Positions 11,231-23,012 of a DNA stretch of 42,673 nucleotides are shown here, piece by piece (position 1 is the first letter of the stretch; the number at the start of each line of letters is the position of its first letter). The notes under the pieces were generated by a model. That model saw nothing but the letters and a program-made list of their open reading frames with translations, did no database searches and was not told the DNA's origin. A program made the translations under genes and the position numbers. This DNA is from Basidiobolus meristosporus CBS 931.73 (lineage: Eukaryota; Fungi; Basidiobolomycota): positions 1 to 42,673 of the forward strand of contig MCFE01000714.1 in assembly GCA_002104905.1 (NCBI GenBank), written 5' to 3'.

Positions 11231-11812
11231 TTAGAGTAGAATATAACAAGCAATATTGCGAAGTGCAAGGTATTTGAGGCAGAGCTATCTCCATTCACCT
11301 GACTAATGCTCGATCGAAATACCATGACATCAAAACTCCCGAATTGTCAAACCAAAGCTGGATGTGGAGACAGATCCCAACAACCCAAAAGGAATTGTTG
11401 AATTTAATGACATTCCACCTACGTAATTATGGATTTTCAATTAATTCCATTCAAGGGGGTCGTTGATCTTTCTAGAAAACCAACGTTCACTTGAGATATA
11501 TTACCGAAGAACAGAATACACGAATCAGGTCTCTGAGCCCGTATCCGACTGAGCGACCTAGGGAATTTTCGAACAGCGATGAAACCTCGGTGAAAATGTC
11601 CTCCAATCTTCGAGAGTGACACACTGGACGCGTTGGGTGGGACGACCAGAATTTAGGGGATAGTCATAATGGGTTGAGGAACATAATGAATCAGAAATGC
11701 GTGTGATCTATAGAAAAAATTATATCAGTTTGTAGTTTAGGGGGATGGGGCTTGAAAAGCCATATTAGTCGCACCCTACCTTGTTTGCTATCAAATTGAA
11801 TCCACTTAGAGA

Positions 11813-12969
11813 ATGATACCCTCTCCAAACAAGCGTTTGCGTATCAGCCACATTTTACACAAGGTACGGGTACAGGGTGACTCTGTGAGTTTGCCAAGAA
11901 AGACCTTTTCTGGTAAGACACTATCCCCGACCAAGAGACCTGTCGGTATGTAGAAAAATTTTTACCAGAGGCGTAAAATCATCTTAATCTCTACCGTGAT
12001 AGGAGACGCCAGTCAGGCGGGTGCCCACTTCGAAGACGCTCTATCTGCAATCGATCATATACTTCAGCATAGATTCGCAAAAGAGAGGCCCAGGAATGGT
12101 GTAGAGATTCCTCGGATCGTGATGCTGCATCAACTTTACAGTATAGTGACCAACCCTACTGCTATCGACAAAGAGATCGTAAGTTATTTGGGGCTTGAAC
12201 AGCGCACGGGTGCTGACACCTTTCTCCAGGTTCAACTATGCCAGGAAGGAAAGCTACGAAAATTGAAGATAGGGGATTTTCAAGACGAGTATGGCTTAAT
12301 GGTGATGAGTGACTACATACAAGAAATCAATAAGGTCAAAGAGAATTTGGCGGCTTCTCTCAAGCCCGTAGAATTCTTGGGTATGCAACCAACCTCTTGA
12401 TATATCCTATGATTTACCCTCTAAAAAGCGAAAACGGTTTGCTAGATAGATTTTGCAAGCTGATTCTTGGCGTCAAGTGCATGGACGTATCCATCACCAG
12501 GAATGGATTAACTGAATACATGGAGGCTAGCGAGGAGGATGTAACGTTAGTTGAGCATTTCCGTACCGTCGTGATGTTCAGTCATCTCATAACTATCTAG
12601 TGAGCTAATCGCAGCGGGCTTTCTAACCATCGGCAACGCAAACACATTTCATTTCTGCGTCAGGAATGCTGGGCTGTTCATATCGAATTTCACCAAAGGA
12701 CGCAAAGAGATCATGCGTTCCCTGAAAAGGAGAAAGTACAAAGAGCTACTGGAAAAGCAGTTGGAGGCCAGAAAGATCCTGGGAACAGAGTTCAGCGTGA
12801 AGTTCCACCTGTTGGATCTGATTGGTAGTGGTCGTTGCGAGAGGTATATGCTCATTGAACTATTACGTGGGAAGTTGTACCCAGGCTAAACCCAAAACAA
12901 TTGCTTAGCATTGGCACCACATCTGGCGAGCTCATCAAGCTAACAAAGAAAGGCCTTGACGAAATCTAA
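11813..12969 (+). CDS. STK19: STK19 family winged-helix protein, multi-exon
   Basis: The spliced reading gives LHQLYSIV..PTAIDKEI, ELIAAGFLT, RNAGLFISNFTKGRKEIMRSLKRRKYKEL and FHLLDLIGSGRCESIGTTSGELIKL, all typical of STK19. The start codon is inferred. Confidence 0.8.
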
Positions 12970-13336
12970 CGTCTCAAATAGAGTGTGTGCAGACGCTTTA
13001 GAACATGTCGGTATATTGTAGTGTGTTGGAGTTAATAAACTACGACCACGCATGTTGTATAAATCTACAGAGCAGAAGGAGATGTATCGTGTGATCCCAC
13101 GCTGCCCAAGCACCCTTTGAGGGAATGCTCGCATATTGATGGGGCACCACTGAAACATAAAAAGCCCAGGGCCTCGTGCCAATGCTTTGCCAAACCGAAG
13201 TCGTAAAATATTACTCATGGGGTATGCCATGTTGGATTGCTTCGTTATTTTACTGGACTTGGGCTACTTGATACAGCAACGATATTCACTAATCTGTTAG
13301 TTTGATTGATTCCTAATTCAAAAAATGGATGCGATG

Positions 13337-14566
13337 TTATTGTAGAAAGATTTCTCTTGAAACACGCCTTCGTCTGGAGGACGAATTCCGGAATGACGGG
13401 CACAGGTTGGCAACTGGACATCGGCTACAGTCGGGTGATTTGGTTCCACAAACGATTTGGCCAAAGCCTACAAGCATTGGATTCACCTCAATCCACAAAT
13501 GTCTTGGTAGCCACTCTTCGAGATCCTGAGCAAGGCAAGTTAGTGTGCTAGCTAACTGAGAGCAACTGGAGCGTGGTTGCCTGTTGCGTTTGTGTTGTAG
13601 TTTTCGTGCTTGTCCAACCCAGCCTATTTGCAATCCTGTGGACATGGACATCTACCGCAATGCCCGAGTTTCTGCATATCGTTAGCACGAGCCTCAATGA
13701 GTCAGTAGACAATACCAAATAACCTTTTCCAAGCACATTGAATTGCGAGATAAGCCTATTCGGAAGCGTCAGTACCAAGGGTTCTATTGTTCGCAACGTG
13801 GGTGGATATCACCATTTTTGGGCCGACTCCAGGGAGTTTTAGCAGATCATCGATGTTCTTAGGAATGTCTCCATCGTACTCCTCGAGACAAATCTTGGCA
13901 GTCGCCTGAATGAATCTAGAGGGCGTTGAAGTACGAGTGACTGCTGCTAAGATGGAATGGTCCAACTTGCAAACTTACCTGGTTTTGGCTCTGTGGAAAC
14001 CTACTTTAGCAATGCAGAGATATAGAACCTTTGCGTCCATTGATGCCAAGGTTTTCGCACTTACAACACCAGTCGCATGAAGGTTTTTCATGGCTTCTGC
14101 GGTAACTTCGTCCTTGGTTCTGGACGATAGCATAAGTGCAACTAATGTTTGGAAACGAAAGGTCTTCATGTGATTTCATTAGCCTCGTTCCTCGATACCT
14201 GATTATGAACCATACCTTTGGGTCAGCTTGCTGGTCGGCCAACCTGTCACAGCACATCGTGTCTACAGGAGCGATGTGCTTTTTTCTCCATTCCCGGAGT
14301 ACAGTGTATATTGTCTCCCAGCTGACCGGTCGAGGTTTTTCAACTTTCACCGTGACTTCCTTTGTCCCTAAGTCTTCTATGTCTACCTGCTCGGTGTTTG
14401 AAAAAGGCATATCTGGTGGCCTCTTGGCTTCAACAATCATGCCAACTACTCCAGCAGCTGATGGCTTTGACTACGCATATCATGCACCTTGACTGTCTTT
14501 ATAGAAGCGATCGGTGGAACCGCCTACCAAAATTGGCCTGCCCAAACGACTGGTACACTCGACCAT
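13337..14566 (-). CDS. NTH1: Endonuclease III homologue (DNA glycosylase/AP lyase), multi-exon
   Basis: [25 protein letters not shown], HhH motif [37 protein letters not shown] and the Fe-S motif [17 protein letters not shown]. The 5' exon (ATG 14566) is less certain; an in-frame ATG lies at 14440. Confidence 0.93.
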
Positions 14567-14790
14567 TATTCTACGTTTGGCTTAAACATAGACATCTTCG
14601 TTGATATAAGGAATGTCCGTCATCTCACACGTGTCCGTTGTATGAATTCGTTCGAAACCTGCATATCAAATTAGCAGGGCCTGGAATTGAAACCGCTGAA
14701 GATCAAGCTATTTCCAAGAAACATGAGCAATGGTGTCCGTGTAAACATGTCATTGAAGACTTGGGGTTGTGTTTGGGATGATCTTCGAGA

Positions 14791-14840
14791 ATGAGTGTAT
14801 TAGAAATCGACTCTGATGAGTGTATTGGAAATCGACTCTG
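14791..14840. repeat. 25-bp tandem duplication
   Basis: ATGAGTGTATTAGAAATCGACTCTG is followed directly by ATGAGTGTATTGGAAATCGACTCTG (one mismatch). Confidence 0.9.
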
Positions 14841-16106
14841 ATATCAGTATGAATCACTGACCAATCTTTTCAATTCCGTATTCAGCTCAGCTGACACCAT
14901 GTATGTTGTATCATGCTAATTAGGTTTGCTGGAAAACGGCTGCTATGCATGAAAAGCAATCCTACGTATTCTGGTGGGAGGAGGAGTATATACTAAAGCC
15001 CGAGATACGCCATATAGAATGGCATTTCGGCAGAGACCTAGACCAGCTAATGCTCTGCTAAAGGTTGATGTCTGACTGTAGCGTTGTAAAGGAGGCTTCT
15101 CGGAAGTTAAAGGTATTTTCACCGTATGGCCGTTTATCCGCTAAACGAGTGTATGTGCATCTAGTTCTTGCTTCTATATACTACAGCAGGATGCAACTCA
15201 GTATGTTCTACTTAACCTTCAGGGCAGCATATTTCGTAGTATCAATAACGTGCGCAAATGACTCACGTGCTGAATTCTTAATATTTTTCCTCGAGGCCTC
15301 GATCCTATGCATGGGACTGGCCACAGAAGCATTCATAGAGTATGGCTACTTGATATCCTAGTGTTAACTGCGACTGCCACTTCTTCTAGTAAGGTACAAC
15401 TGGAACAGACAAATCAATGAGTGGTTATCAATGCTCGTACGGACACGCATACAGCCAAGTAACATGATACACACCCGCAAAGAAAACGAACACAGAACAG
15501 GCTGCAGACCAAGCCATCATGTTTATCCACCCGCAAACCATTGGACATCGCATACTGTTGCCAAACACCGGAAAACGACTATTATCAAGAGAACCAATTG
15601 TGCCAGTAATACAATTTCATTGTGCTACCTCCCCCATTGGCCAGTTAGTACCCAGCCATTATGCAATGCTCATTTATGAGCATAATCGTTCAAGTGCGAA
15701 CAAATCGAGATGCTGGCTCAGATTCCCCTCATTTTTCAACCTTACCAATGATTGATTTTGGCTGGATCACTTTTCTCGACGGTGCTAAATTAAACAGCCC
15801 ACAGGCGTGATTACGCTCAGTTGACCTTGTTTTATCACAATGAAGATTTTTCATTGTGTGTGACAACGGTAATTGCTTTCCCATAGCCACCCTATAGAAA
15901 CGCCGGTTGATGTCATTCCCATCGCCTATATCTACCAAAGCAAGCCGCCCATTTCGCATCTCTTTATCGTGTTTTAGGCGAACTCAAACTCTGAGCCTTC
16001 GCCACGCCTTCAGTTTAAAACCCACTATATGCTGTAGATACATAACCCACTCTCCCAACCGACCTATCCCTTAAGTAATTCCCTTAGCTAATAACTGGTA
16101 CCTCCT

Positions 16107-16115
16107 TAACCCTAA
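16107..16115. promoter_or_regulatory. Telomere-like TAACCCTAA motif ~320 bp upstream of the TPR-MBL gene
   Basis: A 1.5-repeat C-strand telomere motif with a degenerate copy (TTAACCTAA) just downstream. Function is inferred. Confidence 0.2.
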
Positions 16116-16433
16116 ACCAACTTTAACCTAATCGCATTCTCGAAGAATGGGTATCCGTATACGCCACTGGAGAAGGAGAACTGACGCTTGCAATAAGTAC
16201 GTAGCACCTAGAGTTTTCCTCCATGTTTACTTGAAAGAGTGGGCGTCCAGGTGGGAGGTGGCCAGGATACATATTCAAGGCTTGGAGCTTGCTCACAAGT
16301 TAAGAAATGAGTTTTGGACACATGGAATGATTTGATTTTCATTGGATGGCTCCGTGTGGGTCCTAAATTGGATGGCAATTTGTCGGGCTTCGTTTCGTGT
16401 CACAAGACTGCTCTTCCACATCCTTACTCTCAA

Positions 16434-18006
16434 ATGAGTGCACCATCGATCGAAAAAATGCCATCCTCCACCGTAGCTGACCCTCCCTCCTTCGATGCCT
16501 TTTCGCCACTTCTTCCGTACTTACAAAGTCTTGTGTTTAGACCTTCCCCACTTGACAGCAATCTGTATCGGATTGCCAACCGTGCCCACAACTATTTGTC
16601 CAAAGCCTTGTACAAGGCTGCAGCCAATGAATACACGAAAGCACTGACCCAGCTGGCTCCAGACTATGCAGGGGCGGATTCGGAGGTGTCAGAATTTGTC
16701 AGCTTGTTGCTGACTAGTCGTTCGGCTTCTTATTGCAAGCTGGAGCAATACGACCAGGCCTTGAATGATGCTATCATTGCTACCCATCTAAAGCCTCAGT
16801 GGAGTAAAGTTAGTCAAACCTCACTGATGTTTCTCCAGTTACCATGTGATTCTAAGCCAGCAACACAGGGCTATTTTTGTATGGCCGAGGCGCTTCTCGC
16901 CAAAGGACAGTTCTCGGAAGCTATCAAGCACTATGACAAGGCCGCGGAATATGTAAGATGGGCTGTTTGTAAAATTCATCCCGAGCTGCATTGCTTACTC
17001 CAGTTTCTTTAGGATGCTGGCAACATTGAGATCCGGGTTGGAAAAGCGAAAGCGAAGCTGATGCATGAGGAGGACGTTGAAGGTAGGAAGAATCTCCTGA
17101 AACCATGGACGCACGTGGATCTAACTGTTTCCCAGGGTTTATCACGATTCAATTGCTTGCTGGTCGTGATATCGCCAACACAGCTTCCTACAACCCTATA
17201 CAGAACAAGATATTTGAGTATGCGGCCGAGATGCGCAACTTCATCTACCTTATCGTGGACAAAGAAACCAGAGAGTGCGTTGTTGTTGATGCAGTAAGTG
17301 AGCTACACCATAGCCAATGAGGGGTTGACATTAACATCCGTCGTCAGTGCTGGGACGCCACCGGAATCATGAACACAATAGAGAAGTTGAAGCTTAAGTT
17401 GGTTGGTGCAGTTGTTACTCACTACCATTTTGATCATGTCGGAGGTAGGCTGATTATCAACGATATGACCAAAGGATTGGCCAGGACACTTACAATCATT
17501 TGTATTCATCAGGGTATCCACCGCCACCCTTTGATCAGCTTCCTATCCGGGTTTCAGGTCTTGCAACGATTCTCAAACGCTGGCCACATGTCAAGGCCTA
17601 TATCCACATAGAAGATATCAAGTATCTTCGGGAATCCAATCCAGGCGTGGAGATTGAGAAGATCATTCCAACCTGCCATAATTACTCCCTCAAGCTGGGA
17701 AAGAAGACGACGCTCACCTTCCTTCACACACCGGGTCATACGCCGGGCAGCCAATGTATATATGTTAATGAATGCCGGCTTTTCTCTGGCGACACGCTGT
17801 TCTTGGGCCATTGCGGAAGAACCGACTTGCCAGGTGGTTGCAAGCATGCCATGTACGACACACTACATGGGATATTGGGTCAGCTTCCCAACGATGTTGT
17901 GGTTTACCCGGGACATAACTATGGTGGTGCTTGGACTACGATCGGGCAAGAAAAATGGTACGGGATATTGAGAGATACCTCTCGGGAAAAATTCGAGTCA
18001 CGGTAG
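16434..18006 (+). CDS. TPR-repeat plus metallo-beta-lactamase-fold (glyoxalase II/YcbL-like) fusion protein, multi-exon
   Basis: TPR helices: AANEYTKAL, RSASYCKLEQYDQALNDAIIATHLKPQWSKGYFCMAEAL. MBL motifs: THYHFDHVGG, HTPGHTPGS, LFSGDTLF, GRTDLPGG, VYPGH. Canonical introns link the two halves in frame. Confidence 0.85.
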
Positions 18007-19139
18007 ATCCATTTGGGGTGGTTGTATCGTAGTGTGTTCAATTCACTCTGTATGTATGTAGTTCGGTATTCCCATTGTTTCATGACGATGAGCCATTTTG
18101 TTTGTAGCATAAATAAGAACTTGCTGTGGCTCAAGTGATGCATTCAATTCTCTTCCAACTCAAGTCGGTTCTCATCAAAAATCTTGGAGAACAGATGTCG
18201 AGGACTTGGCGAGGGCTTAAAGTAGAGACCAAGATAATGAGGGTGGGATGGTGACATTATGACAAGGCGACAGCACGATTTAGACAACCTACTGCATGTT
18301 TATACATGCAACGAGAAGGAGGTCTTTGGTTATTTCTAACTTAACGTTACACACACATTGTCAAGTTGATCATATGCTCCATATCTTCACCGTATGTACT
18401 AGTGTAGCTCACTGTTGTTGTAGACCTGCGATTTTGATGGTGGCCTACCATTATATGACGTACATCTCCAAGGAGTTGGCGTCAGCAACAGGTGGTGCTC
18501 AAGGTTCATGTAATTTTAGTATATACATACAGCTAGACTACAATCAAATTCTCATACTGGCACCGAATCCTTGGGACATTTGTTAAATGCTGCGCAAAGA
18601 TAGGTAACGTAAGAATGGACTCCGGCAAGCCTGAGCGATACATGGATTGTCGATCTGTTCTTTAGTCTGAGAATAGGATGCTAGGCTTGTGAACACACTC
18701 CCAATGGCACTCTGAGGCCACTGAAACATTTCGTGATGTTGGAACACACATGCCAGTGATCCTGGCTGTAATCGGCAGTCCTTATTCAGCCTAGCAGGTT
18801 TCAAGTCGTGGTGTATCTTGGTGCTGTCATTGAAGCTATCCTCCTTCTAGACAAGTACACATGCCATTGGGTAACATGCAAGTTTGTAAAGCTAGCGGAT
18901 ATACTCAATTAGGACATCACTGGCATGTATGACGAATCTCAATTAATAAGCTGGGTGGCTTGACAGCAGAGAAAAATTTCGTCAATCTTCTGGTTTATGA
19001 TCTTGCTATGTGTGATTCGCAGTCCCATGAATATCATCGGATAATACTTAGTAATTGATACGTATACCATTATTGGCCGTTGGGGGGGGGCTGCTTAGTC
19101 GGGGCGCAGGCTTATAAGGTTGTTGGATATTCTTTCCTC

Positions 19140-20305
19140 ATGCTAAGATCACTACGTCGTTACAGCCTCCTATTTCTTGGCTTTGCTCTGATAGTTTATC
19201 TGTACTGCAACTCACACAACCCTCCTCCAGAAACCATGTCTCTAACATCCACCCTTGTGAAAAACACCATCCTGGCCGCCTTTGCCGCCGACTCCTTGGC
19301 CCTTGGTGCCCATTGGGTTTATGACTCGGATATTATCAAAAACAAACTTGGAGACAAAGTCAAGGAGCTCAACGCCCCCACCCTCAATGATTACCACAAG
19401 GGTAAAGGGGTGGGAGATTTTACTCATTACGGAGATCAGACCTTGTTTTTACTTGAAAGCATTGCTCGGCACAAAGCCTACGATGAAGAGAAGTTCCGCC
19501 AAGACTGGTTGGAATCGATTGAAAAGTACCAGGGTTACAAGTAAGTGAAAGCTCATCTGCTCGGCTGCTCCTGACGTTCAGCTGACCTCTTCCAACAGGG
19601 ATGGCGCAACAAAGGAGACCGTCGAGAATCTCCATCAAAACAAAAAGCAAGGCTCGGGTTCGGGCGATTTCTCGGCCGTTGGAAGAATTTCCCCACTCCT
19701 TTTGGTCTCCAAAGACGAGGTAAGCGGAAAACTCAGTATCGCCGCTTTCACTTGTTATCTTCACACTGACCCCTACGCACCAGCAAACATTTGTCCAAAA
19801 TGCCGTGTCCCAGACGAGAGTCACCCACGACAATCCCACTGTCGTTGCTGCCGTGGAATTCTTCGCCAAAGTCATTTGGAGGGTTCAAACCCAACAGGAC
19901 TCTCCATCCAAGGTGATCAAAGCCGTAAAGGAGGAGTACGGCAGCAGCCAACCAGAGCTGATCAGCTTGATTCAGAAAGGAATTGACTCGGTCAGCGAGG
20001 ACGATGAGACAGCGGTCCGCAGCTTTGGCGAAAAAAAAACTTTTGGTAGCAACACCATATACACTGGGAAGGCATGCTCTATAGGCGGTGCATTGCCTGC
20101 GTCGGTTCATTTCATTTTGAAATACGAAGATAACCTTGAGCGGGCGTTGATCCAGGATGTGGCGGTGGGCGGTGACCAAGCTGCACGTAACCTTGTCATC
20201 GCATCTGTGGTTGCTTCGCAAAAGAGCGCTCAGCTGCCCGAACGTTGGACTCGGAAATTGAGCAAGCTGCAAGAGATTGAAAAACTCATCAGCTCACTTC
20301 AATGA
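19140..20305 (+). CDS. ADP-ribosylglycohydrolase-family protein of bacterial-like type, 3 exons (315 aa from ATG 19236, 347 aa from ATG 19140)
   Basis: AFAADSLALGAHWVYD, GDFTHYGDQT, DGATKET, GSGSGDFSAVGRISP, TRVTH and VGGDQAARNLVI. Introns 19541-19598 and 19720-19783 give an intact frame. Confidence 0.88.
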
Positions 20306-20718
20306 AACCCATGCTTGGATGTTAAATAAACTCAGAGGACATTAGTACTTCGTCGTCCATTTTCTGCATTGATGCATTGATCAAGCAATCTCACTTCTCA
20401 AGAAAACCACCATGTGAGTCCGTAGTGTGCTTTTAATGATAAGGCCTTGGCTGACCACAATTAGAAAACCATATGGAGGGGAGTGCGGGTTAGATCTGTT
20501 AGAGATTCAGTATTGTATAGATACACATCGTATTTCTTATCCCATTTACTAGTGCAAGACACAGGATGCGTCGTGTATGCCTGGTTGGATCGACTAGCAT
20601 TGGCACTGTGGTGACGTGGTAGGATAGCTAATATAAATGAAGTTTTCCTCTCAACACTGTTGAGAAAGCCCAAATGGTGTGAATGTGGGCGCAGTCAAGA
20701 GTGTCGTGATGATACATG

Positions 20719-21581
20719 CTATGTTTCCCTATCCATGTCTTTAGTGATGGTGCGGTAATTATGTTTCGGAGCTCTTGAGATCAAGCCTTCCTCTTGGCTC
20801 TCGACATCACTAATTTCCTCCAGCGATGTGATCACTCTGTGCCGAATCAAATTATCGACCAGCCAGAACTGCACGATGTTCATTATCAGAGGAGCAATCA
20901 ACGTCACCACGATAACCTGGAGTCGTGGATCTCCAACGCGAACGAAAGGGTCTAAGATCCACTGCCCTATAATCACCAATATGGGGAATACGTTTATCCC
21001 AGCGTAGATAATGAGCTTCGTTGCACTTAGAGCCAATAGGAACACAAGTGACTGCTTCACCCAAATGTGGTACTGGGGTGGGTTGCCATAATTTCCAGAC
21101 TCCATTTCTTTGATGCCAAAGGAGCTGAGAAGCTGGTGCAGTACTTTTAATACCACGCAGAGCACCAGTACGCCGACCGTAGTATCCAGGAGAAGATTTA
21201 ATAGGTACCTGGGTTGCTGTTAGCTCATTTGCCGCCAATTCATGTGGGTGAAAGCCTACCAAACGCATGGATTGTCTTCTCGAGAATCGCTCTGTGAGCC
21301 AGAGACGTAAGAAATAAACAGGTTCAGCATATGAACCAACGCCGCACCGGTCGTCTGCTTACTGACATCAAACAGCCTTTGTAACGCAAAAGTCAAACAA
21401 GGAAGCAACACATAGAACCTCAGTGAGAACCTTACCATACACGCACTGGCCTTCGCGATTGCTCCCGCTGTCTCTTGACCAGGAGTGAGGCAAGGGCTAT
21501 CAACGCCAAGAGCGCCTGCATGAAAAGAGCAAACCCATCTACGAGTTCACAGTTCAACTTGTGAAAGTTAAAGTACAGCAT
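20719..21581 (-). CDS. Vacuolar membrane protein (YPL162C / STIMATE-TMEM110-like), 3 exons
   Basis: NCELVDGFALFMQALL, KRQREQSRRPVRVWLFDVSKQ, NPCVWYLLNLLLDTTVG, GNYGNPP and PLIMNIVQFWLVDNLI. Confidence 0.85.
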
Positions 21582-22357
21582 TTAGGGGGGGGGTCTAGCT
21601 TTTAGAAGGCTATAGGGCTATAATTAAGTAAAGGGCTGAATAATGTCAGCAGAGTTGTTAAGGAAATAACTACCTATAAATTCCTAGCAGTAAAGGCTGA
21701 ATCATCCAACGTTCGTGATCATTCATTGACCATAAATAGTCTCGTCTCTTCTAAGTGTAACTCTTTTTTCAGTTTACCCTGGAGAATCATCGCACATGTC
21801 AATAGTGTAATTGATGACATCAAATCCATGTATATACAAGGCCAATCTAATCTTTATTGATCGTTTTCTGAAATCCGGCGGAGCGGTTTTCTATGTACAA
21901 CGCTCCAAGCTGGTGTTTTTGAGGCTGCGCTCCAGATGCTCAGTGGGATGGATGCAGGAGAGTGATGACCAGAGTGGCTGCGGCAAACCAATCAGCGATG
22001 CTTCATGTCATCAATGGGTATTTGATAGGCCCTGACTATCAAGATGAACTATAGCAAACTTCCCCATCATCATGCAGTCCTCACACCTTGCTGAGAGGCC
22101 TCGCAAGCTACCTAGATAACTGACGTGGTTGCGAGTTAGGTCTCAGGCTGCTTTGTAGTGATGGCTGGTAGGCCAGCCTCAGGCGAGGCTGGAAACATGA
22201 CCAAGCTGCATCCAGCCTTCATCATAGCTACCTTCTTAGAAAATAGTCTCAAAATTTCTTGGATTGTGACCATCTTTTCGATTTTTTTTCACTCATCACA
22301 CGACCACAAGGTGGAACAATCATCTTTCCTCCGGCTGGTCACTGCCTTCTCCTGAAC

Positions 22358-23012
22358 ATGAATACTCCTAACAAACCACTCTGCAAGGTCTGCAATACAG
22401 AGCCCTTTAAGTACAAATGCTCAGTGTGTCTTCTCCCATAGTAGGTTGCTTCTATATTTCTCATGCTAACCCCTTCGATTAATCATGGCGTTTCAACAGC
22501 TGTTCAGTCACATGCTACAAAAAACATAAAGGTAAATCGCACTTCGTGTGAGGCTTGATCGTTGCACCACTTACCCCCTGTTTTCTTCAGAGGTTCCTTG
22601 TCAAAAGCCTGCTCCCAAAGTCGAAGGTTAGTTGCCCCCTATAGTGCCAGAATCTATAGACTTTCCATATTAATGATGAACATCGCGCAAAAAAGAGCCA
22701 CCAGTCGTCGAAGAAGAAGAGACCGAGAATGAGGAAAACAAGCTTTCGGACGAACAGCTTCAGATGCTAGGTACTCTTTACGATTTAATCGAAACTAGAC
22801 TTCCCTGTGGTTACTTATCGAAGCCAAAAGCTTCTTCTGACAAGGTTCGAGAGATGCTCAAGACGACCTACTTGAAGGAGTTGATAAAGCAGATAGACTC
22901 CTCGGATAAGCCAGAGAAAATCCTCGAGCAAACCCGTCAAAAAGAACCGTTGTTTGATGAGTTTGCTAATACCTTGATTGATGTGTTGGTCAAAAAAAAG
23001 GAGGATGATTGA
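22358..23012 (+). CDS. ZNHIT3: Zinc finger HIT domain protein (ZNHIT3/Hit1-like snoRNP assembly factor), multi-exon
   Basis: CKVCNTEPFKYKCSVCLLPYCSVTCYKKHK and C-terminal LKELIKQIDSSDKPEKIL..EPLFDEFANTLID. Introns are canonical. Confidence 0.85.

Noticed and set aside
14812-14832. Hammerhead ribozyme core (CTGATGAG...GAAA)
   Set aside because: Stem II cannot form and there are no flanking stems I and III. The motif arises from the tandem duplication.
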